DNA from: Promethearchaeia archaeon
GTDB taxonomy: Archaea > Asgardarchaeota > Lokiarchaeia > Sigyniarchaeales > SOKP01
Direction of reading: 5' to 3'
Assembly: GCA_029856155.1 (NCBI GenBank)
Contig: JAHQWL010000040.1
Location: 32,001-96,000 of the forward strand
DNA: 64,000 nucleotides
The position numbers and the translations under genes were made by a program. The notes below the pieces were generated by a model, which saw only the letters and a program-made list of their open reading frames with translations, did not search any database and had not been told where the DNA came from. Position 1 is the first letter of the stretch; every line of letters begins with the position of its first letter. This document shows positions 57,455-64,000 of the stretch, piece by piece.

Positions 57455-59698
57455 TTAATATGAAACGTGTGTTGCACTCATATTAACTAATCGTGGTAAA
57501 ATTATACAGGAAGGATAATCTGGACCCGTTAGCAGTGTATTATTCGCAATATTATATTTTAGATAATTGTTTGCTAAGGGCGCTCCTGTATTTGGGTTTG
57601 CCGCAAAGCGTGCATAATTGGAACTCGATATTGCCACACGTATTCTATTTCCTGGAGCGAATACATAAGCAGTAGACCAGCAATCAACTAATAATTCGTA
57701 AACATCTTTTTGGTCCCCTGTCATAAATACATCAGTAGTATAATTATATCTTGATCTAACGGTTAAGGACCCATCTGTTATTAACATCGAACGGCCATCT
57801 GGATAAACATCAGTTAATTTAACAGTGAAATCAGTATCGGTACAGTTAGAAGTTACGAATAAGTTACCCCAAATTCTTCCAACAATTTCAATAGATTCGT
57901 TTAATATAGATGTTTCAAAAATTAGTACATCTGCTCTATTTTCAATTGAACTCTGATCCATTGGGCCTTCGAGATCGAAGGGTTCATTTTGACCCCCTCT
58001 ATTTGGTACTGGATTTCGAGGATCATAGAGATAAGTGAAATTTTTATTTGTTGATGGATAAGAGCTATTGAGTAAACCACCTATAGATGTAAAATACCAT
58101 TTATCATTCACATAATCCAAAGGCCAATCATAAGCGTATCTCCAATAGTTCCACTCACTTGAAGGAGTATCAACGTCTCCCATTAAATAATACGCAACCC
58201 TAGCGCCATCCCAATTTGTAGATTTACCAAGGAGAGCGTAATCAAAAACTTCCTGTTCCCAACTGAATGCTAAATCAAACCCTATTGAATTTTTAGGATA
58301 CGTTAATTCACCCTGTTTTGTAGAATCAAACAAATTTACATGCGTCCATGGTCCCATTATTAACCTTTGTTTTCCACGAGCAGTAGGAGCTCCATAATCA
58401 TCATATCCAATATAACCATCGATTGTACCTTGAAGAAAGTGGTCATACCATCCCCCAACGTGAATTGCAGACACCGAGACGTTCGAATAGTGTGGTCCAG
58501 CTGATATCGATAAAGATGTAGAATTATATAATACCTCATTTTTTGGAAATAAACTAAACAATGTATCTATCTGATATTGGAAATTTTCAGGCGCGACACT
58601 TTCTATCCATGTTTCAGTCAATGATTTATGATAAGAACCCTGGTATATAGCGTGATCGAATAATTCTGGAGTACCAAACCATAATTGTTGTGCGACTAAT
58701 CCTTCAGGGGCCATTCCTGCATAAAAGTATTGATTAATACAAAGAGCAGAAGCACCAGCACTCGCTATTTTACCATTACTCCAACTTTGGTTTAGTATCC
58801 AATTAAGAGTATCAACACCATCTTGATATGATTTAGAAAATAGTAAGAATCTGTCTCCTCCTTCAGAATCATGTGTTCCCCTTAAATCTTGAATGACTAA
58901 GTGATAATCTTGCGTTGAGTAAAATGTTCTATAAATATCCATACCATTTTTTCCATAAGGAGTTCTAATTAGGATTACTGGCTTTGGTGTACCGAATGAA
59001 GCGGGAGCAAAATAAACATCGGTAGCTAATCTAACGCCATCTCTCATTTTAATCATATAAGTTTTTTTATCTGGAGGTTCATAAGCCGTAGATAGGGATA
59101 GAATTGCGGTTGGTGTTGCGATTAATATGGACATCAGTATAATTTGAACAGCTCTCGGAAATTTGTTAAAACTTCGTTTGTCATATTTTTCTATTAATTT
59201 AGAAAGAGAGAGGAAAGAATTTTTCATTCCATAGTGTAAATAAGCTAATAAACTTATTCCTACTGCCGCGATTGAATAGTAGTTTACTTCAATTAAAAGA
59301 AACCAAATAATTCCAATTAATGGAGCAAGAATATTGATTAGTTTTGCTATGATTTTCACTGGTTTTAAGCGAAAATTTTCTCCGATTTGTTTAATATAGT
59401 TGCTACTCACTAAAAGTGAATAAAAGCATATGAAAACGGTTATTGGGAAGTAGATCATTCCAAAAAGTACGATAGATATTTGTTTAATACTAAAGTAAAT
59501 TTTCTCATTTTTAGTGAATAACTTTACACCTTCTCCCAACTCTTTATTTCGATCCTTAAAATAATTGAAATAGTAAGTTACGATGTATAATCCGCGGAAA
59601 ATCAGCAATAAAATCAGATTAGAGATAAATATCTGTTCAAGATTTAGATACCCTAAAGTATAAAGTTGATAAAATATCATTATAATCCAATCAATCAT
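57455..59698 (-). CDS. CocE/NonD family hydrolase with N-terminal multi-TM anchor
   Basis: MRDGVRLATDVY, RTPYGK, QDLRG..SEG, WSNGK..G.S, GGWYD, GPWTH, DPRNPVP, ISSSNY. Confidence 0.88.
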   Translation of the reverse strand: MIDWIIMIFYQLYTLGYLNLEQIFISNLILLLIFRGLYIVTYYFNYFKDRNKELGEGVKLFTKNEKIYFSIKQISIVLFGMIYFPITVFICFYSLLVSSNYIKQIGENFRLKPVKIIAKLINILAPLIGIIWFLLIEVNYYSIAAVGISLLAYLHYGMKNSFLSLSKLIEKYDKRSFNKFPRAVQIILMSILIATPTAILSLSTAYEPPDKKTYMIKMRDGVRLATDVYFAPASFGTPKPVILIRTPYGKNGMDIYRTFYSTQDYHLVIQDLRGTHDSEGGDRFLLFSKSYQDGVDTLNWILNQSWSNGKIASAGASALCINQYFYAGMAPEGLVAQQLWFGTPELFDHAIYQGSYHKSLTETWIESVAPENFQYQIDTLFSLFPKNEVLYNSTSLSISAGPHYSNVSVSAIHVGGWYDHFLQGTIDGYIGYDDYGAPTARGKQRLIMGPWTHVNLFDSTKQGELTYPKNSIGFDLAFSWEQEVFDYALLGKSTNWDGARVAYYLMGDVDTPSSEWNYWRYAYDWPLDYVNDKWYFTSIGGLLNSSYPSTNKNFTYLYDPRNPVPNRGGQNEPFDLEGPMDQSSIENRADVLIFETSILNESIEIVGRIWGNLFVTSNCTDTDFTVKLTDVYPDGRSMLITDGSLTVRSRYNYTTDVFMTGDQKDVYELLVDCWSTAYVFAPGNRIRVAISSSNYARFAANPNTGAPLANNYLKYNIANNTLLTGPDYPSCIILPRLVNMSATHVSY

Positions 59699-59761
59699 AA
59701 ACTTAAATTTATACTAAGTTATTTATAAAATTATCTATAAGTTCTAGAGCGTCAAACAAAT

Positions 59762-61201
59762 ATGGGAAACAATATAGGAGATTCTATAGAGATTAATCAT
59801 CGAAGATCATTAGGTGTTCATTTAACTTCAAAAGATATTTTTATAAATTATATATTTCCTGAAATTCAAGATAAATTGTGGGAATATAAATGGATAGATT
59901 TGTTCGCTGGGGAAGGTAATTTAATTCTACCAATTTTAAATTCAATTTCCCCCAGCAAACGAATTCAATTTTTTAAAGATCACATTTATTTATATGATAT
60001 TCAACCAGTAATGGTAAAAAATTGTGTTATAAATGCTAAAAATTACGGTATCCCCTCAGAAGTAGCCAATAAAAATATCAATTTGAGAGATAATTTAGAG
60101 AGCTTCCCTGACTTTTTGAATAACACAAAATTTCCTGTATTTCATATAACAAACCCACCATATCTCTATTTAGGATATATACAAAAGCATAAAGAAACTC
60201 AAAAATACTTAGAATTTTTTAAAGGCAAAAATAATGGTTATCAAGATTTATATCAAATTGCTATGATAAACGATCTAAGAAATGAAATTACGAATTTGAT
60301 TTATATTATTCCATCGAATTTTTTATATGGTGCATCTGTTTCAAATAAATTTCGTAAAGATTTCCTTAAATATTATAATATAACAAAAATGACAATATTT
60401 GAAACAAAAGTGTTCGAATACACGGGGACAAACATCTGTATTGGTTTCTTCAAAAGGAAAAAAGCTCCTAAATCTGAAAATCTAAAATTTAAGGGTGTTA
60501 AAATTAAAAAAGAAAATGTTATACTCGAAAAAGAGTATGAACTTAAAACAGAATTTAATTATCGTGCTGGTTCTGAAATAGATGAGTTTCTTAAAAAATT
60601 TCTTGTTCAAAAACCCTTAAAAGTAAATTATTACCTATTAAAACAAGAAGTTCTGCAAAATGATGGAGATAATGAAATTACGGTCATAGACGCTAATAAT
60701 TATCAAAATAATAAATATCAGAAAATAATTCTCTTTATAAATGACGAGCTTAAAGAGAGAATCAGATCAAATATTTTATACGTTCGAACTGTCGATACAG
60801 GTTCTTATAAAGGTAGGGTTGGATTAGGAATAATTTCTGAGGATTTTAAAGTTGATGGAATTTATGTATCAGGGAACACTTATCGAACTCATCCAATCCA
60901 AGTATTTTTTGAACCTAAAATTACACCAGATGAACAGAAATTACTAAAAGATTATTTTAATTTTATTTTAGAATCTTTTAGGGAGAAATTAGACAGTGAG
61001 TTCCTTACAACCTATAAATATTCTGATGCAGAGTATACAAGAAAATATCTAGGTTTAACTCAAGTAAGAAAGTTAATTCAAACTTTTCCTTACAGTAAAT
61101 TAAATTATAATTTCAAGGAAAAATTAAAGGATTTAATTGTAAACAAAAATTTCAACAGTATTTTAGAATTGTTAAAAGCTAGCAAAGATAAAAGCAATTA
61201 A
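59762..61201 (+). CDS. N6-adenine DNA methyltransferase (orphan)
   Basis: DLFAGEG (motif I) and TNPPY (motif IV), IIPSNF. Confidence 0.82.
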   Translation: MGNNIGDSIEINHRRSLGVHLTSKDIFINYIFPEIQDKLWEYKWIDLFAGEGNLILPILNSISPSKRIQFFKDHIYLYDIQPVMVKNCVINAKNYGIPSEVANKNINLRDNLESFPDFLNNTKFPVFHITNPPYLYLGYIQKHKETQKYLEFFKGKNNGYQDLYQIAMINDLRNEITNLIYIIPSNFLYGASVSNKFRKDFLKYYNITKMTIFETKVFEYTGTNICIGFFKRKKAPKSENLKFKGVKIKKENVILEKEYELKTEFNYRAGSEIDEFLKKFLVQKPLKVNYYLLKQEVLQNDGDNEITVIDANNYQNNKYQKIILFINDELKERIRSNILYVRTVDTGSYKGRVGLGIISEDFKVDGIYVSGNTYRTHPIQVFFEPKITPDEQKLLKDYFNFILESFREKLDSEFLTTYKYSDAEYTRKYLGLTQVRKLIQTFPYSKLNYNFKEKLKDLIVNKNFNSILELLKASKDKSN

Positions 61202-62044
61202 TCCCAGAAACATGGATGTTTTTAATAATAAACTAATTCTTTTAAAATCCTTTTTTACTAAATTGGGTTTTAACATTAATGTTATAGTATATACTGCTAG
61301 AGCTAATCCAAAAAACATCGAAATCAAAAAGAACATTTGATTTAAAATATTAGTGAAATTTGGTAAAATAAAGAAAACTACGGCTAATATTGCAAATATA
61401 AGAGATAAATTTTTTGATTTTTTAATCCCAATCTTAATTGCTAATGTTTTTACACCTTCATTTTTATCTCCTTCAATATCTTCGCACCCCTTGATAATTT
61501 CTCTAGAGAGTAGAAGGAAGAATGCCGTTAAGAAAAAGAAATATATATATGGAGGAATGTTCGAATTGTTTAAAACAGCTCCGTAAATAAGTCCAATCGA
61601 AAAGGATACACTGACAATTATATTTCCGATAAATCCACTTTTTTTACCCCAAGCTGCGTATAACCAGCCTATAAAAACAAAAAAAAAAGCTATAATAATA
61701 TTCAGATATCCAATATTAAAAAAAATACTATGAAAAATAGCAATTGCAATGCCTACTAAAGAAGTTGCTATCCATAAGATCTTTGCTTGACTTAATGTTA
61801 TTGAACCTCTGGGTATAGGTCTTTCGGGACGGTTTATTTTATCAATTTCAATATCATAATAGTCATTAATGACCATCCCTGAACCTGCGATAAAAAAGTA
61901 AGTAAGAATTCCTAAAATTAGATTCAAAATTAACTTAAAAGGATCTATTCCTAATCTTGTATTTAGAATTCCTATAATAACAGTTAAACTTCCCATTAAA
62001 TCATTAATAGGTCGAAGAATTTCGATGGCATCTTTTAATTTCAT
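61172..62044 (-). CDS. Digeranylgeranylglyceryl phosphate synthase (UbiA family)
   Basis: NDYYD.EID.INRP.RPIP.G, REIIK..ED.EGD; adjacent to GGGP synthase. Confidence 0.9.
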   Translation of the reverse strand: MKLKDAIEILRPINDLMGSLTVIIGILNTRLGIDPFKLILNLILGILTYFFIAGSGMVINDYYDIEIDKINRPERPIPRGSITLSQAKILWIATSLVGIAIAIFHSIFFNIGYLNIIIAFFFVFIGWLYAAWGKKSGFIGNIIVSVSFSIGLIYGAVLNNSNIPPYIYFFFLTAFFLLLSREIIKGCEDIEGDKNEGVKTLAIKIGIKKSKNLSLIFAILAVVFFILPNFTNILNQMFFLISMFFGLALAVYTITLMLKPNLVKKDFKRISLLLKTSMFLGLIAFIFASF

Positions 62045-62057
62045 TAAAATACACTCT

Positions 62058-62885
62058 TTATCTTATTGCAAAATTCTTTTTCTGATATTTCCCAGCGTTT
62101 TTAATTTCATCAACTATGCCTTTTAATGAGTTTCCATTATCTTTAAGAATATGATTTTCGATATAAGTACCCATTACGATGATATCTGCTCCAGCGTCCA
62201 CGAAAGCTCTTGCATCTTCTTTATTGTCAACGCCACCACCAGTAATTATTGGAATATTTAGAACTGATGAACATGTTTTTATATGGTCAACAGGAATTTT
62301 TTCTCCTCCCGAACCTGCTTCTAAATATACAATTTTGAAACCAAACATTTCTGCCGCTAAAGCATAAGCTGCTGTTAATTTAGGTTTCTTTCTAGGTAAT
62401 AATCTCGCATTACCTATCCATCCCGCACTACCTCCAGGTTCTATTATTAGGTATGCCATCGAAATATATTCTAAGTTATAAGATTTAATTGTATAAGAAG
62501 CAAGGGCTTGTTGACCAATGATTGAATAAGGATCAGATGAGTTTAATAAAGACATAAAAAAAATCGCATCAGCATGTTTAGAAACATTACTAATACCTCC
62601 AGGAAAAATAATAATTGGGACCGAGACTTTATCTTTTATTGCCACTATTGTATTATCAACAAAGGTTTGATCAAACACAGTACTTCCTCCTATTAAAATG
62701 GCATCAGTACCAGCCTCTTCAGCATATTTTGCCATTTTTCCCGCTTTGGATGGTCCTTGTCTTAATGGATCAGGATCTATTAAAGAAAAATGCAAGGCTC
62801 CTTCAGTATTGATTTTTTTAATTAAATATTCATAAGTACTTTTTTCAATATACTCATCAATTATTATATCAACCATAAAATTCAC
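62058..62885 (-). CDS. Geranylgeranylglyceryl phosphate synthase
   Basis: LIDPD, IGGST, FPG, FMSLLNS, YLEAGSG, GGG. Confidence 0.92.
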   Translation of the reverse strand: MNFMVDIIIDEYIEKSTYEYLIKKINTEGALHFSLIDPDPLRQGPSKAGKMAKYAEEAGTDAILIGGSTVFDQTFVDNTIVAIKDKVSVPIIIFPGGISNVSKHADAIFFMSLLNSSDPYSIIGQQALASYTIKSYNLEYISMAYLIIEPGGSAGWIGNARLLPRKKPKLTAAYALAAEMFGFKIVYLEAGSGGEKIPVDHIKTCSSVLNIPIITGGGVDNKEDARAFVDAGADIIVMGTYIENHILKDNGNSLKGIVDEIKNAGKYQKKNFAIR

Positions 62886-62899
62886 ATCTTTTAAGTTCT

Positions 62900-64000
62900 T
62901 TATTTCTTTTTTGTATTTACAATCATTCTTTCAATATTATCATATATTGCAATAACATTTTCTTTCCAATTAGAAAATTGATCTAAATTTTTCGCAAATT
63001 TTTTATAAAGTTTAGCGATCTCGTTCATTTTTATCCTAAGATAATTTAGATCTAATAATAATTTTGGTTGGGAAATCCCTTTAACAGCTTTAACCGCCAT
63101 ATTAATTAAAGATAAATTTAACCCCCCCGTTGAGGAAATTTCTAAAATTTCTTCTCCTTTCAACAAATCTCGTTCTAAACCAAAATTTAATTCCTCATTT
63201 GAAAGATTTTGCAGAACAATTCTTAATAAATCTAATGAGGCAAATTCAGCTCCAAAACTTGTCATTATATTATAATTATAATCCCATAACTCGTTTATGG
63301 AATTATCATTATTTTCTATTGCATGAACCGCTGAATTTGCAGCATGAAATCCCGCTCTCATAGAGGGATCAATCCCACCACCATGAAGTGGATTAACTTG
63401 ACAGGCAGCATCTCCTACTAACATAAACCCGTTATCCGCACAGGACCATAGTGGCCTTCTTACAGGAACTACACCACCTCCAGTTGAGAGAATTTCAGCT
63501 TTGGATGTTTTAATAAATTCTTGAAATACATTTGTTTTATATAAATCCTTTACTTTGCCTCGATAATCCATAAAGGTACCAATTCCTATATTAATGGAAG
63601 TCTCGTTTTTTGGAAAATACCAGATGTATCCTCCAGGAGCTTTTTCTTGATCTAGAATTATTGTAATGTATTCGGGATCATCTACTTGTTGATCTATAGG
63701 TGAGAATTTTACAATCTCACGATAACATAAAATACTATCGTTTTTTGATATCTTTTTTTCAATTAGGGAACTTCTTACATTTTTTCTTAAGGGAGAATAA
63801 AATCCACTCGCATCAATAACGATTTTTGCATTTAGGTTTATCTTTTCTCCATTTTCTAATTTAACGTGAAGTCCATTTACAGTTCCATTTTTATATAACA
63901 AATCTAATGCCAGTGTTTTATCTAAGAATTGTTTAACACCAGCATCAAGAGCTTCATTCAATAATCTTTGTCCAAATTCTAATCTATTAACGATATAACC
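62900..64000 (-). CDS. Digeranylgeranylglycerophospholipid reductase / GGR family (5'-truncated by window edge)
   Basis: Frame open to the edge (GYIVNRLEFGQRL), DASG, PGGYIWYFP, VGDAA..VNPLHGGG; in lipid cluster. Confidence 0.85.
   Translation of the reverse strand, partial: GYIVNRLEFGQRLLNEALDAGVKQFLDKTLALDLLYKNGTVNGLHVKLENGEKINLNAKIVIDASGFYSPLRKNVRSSLIEKKISKNDSILCYREIVKFSPIDQQVDDPEYITIILDQEKAPGGYIWYFPKNETSINIGIGTFMDYRGKVKDLYKTNVFQEFIKTSKAEILSTGGGVVPVRRPLWSCADNGFMLVGDAACQVNPLHGGGIDPSMRAGFHAANSAVHAIENNDNSINELWDYNYNIMTSFGAEFASLDLLRIVLQNLSNEELNFGLERDLLKGEEILEISSTGGLNLSLINMAVKAVKGISQPKLLLDLNYLRIKMNEIAKLYKKFAKNLDQFSNWKENVIAIYDNIERMIVNTKKK

Noticed and set aside
3730-63363. Many short antisense or overlapping ORFs in the track (e.g. 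3730-4002, 9293-9637, 18193-18684, 28984-29310, 40052-40282, 49546-49806, 52095-52337)
   Set aside because: They are shadows of well-supported genes, with no motifs or independent signals.
1-64000. tRNA, rRNA, IS/transposase or integrase genes
   Set aside because: No cloverleaf, rRNA-like GC-rich block or transposase motif recognised by eye; small C/D-box RNAs cannot be excluded without covariance searches.

Overview
AT-rich archaeal chromosomal window, most consistent with Asgard archaea (Lokiarchaeia). The evidence is an archaeal ether-lipid cluster (GGGP synthase, DGGGP synthase, GGR), archaeal AlaRS/DtdA/AroA', F420 and methanopterin-type cofactor genes, FtsZ, two glycyl-radical enzyme/activase pairs, and a ~8 kb eukaryote-like ubiquitin-conjugation locus (two single-Gly Ubls, a membrane-anchored Ubl, E1, E2, JAMM protease and a membrane RING-like protein). 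The top finding is in an AIR-synthase/PurM-like gene (48980-50392) that the ORF track splits in two. It is interrupted by a 30-nt insert (49452-49481) carrying an in-frame UGA, and the insert folds with its flanks into a canonical bulge-helix-bulge splice motif. Cleavage at the canonical positions restores the reading frame and gives GFHV-T-RAALRD, so this is a candidate tRNA-type intron in an archaeal mRNA outside cbf5. Also seen: a diverged remnant of the same gene's 5' end upstream of a nonsense-disrupted GGR-like gene, probable ATT start codons, and unannotated small ORFs. No rRNA, tRNA, CRISPR array or transposase was recognised. All assignments are by eye, from motifs; no searches were run.
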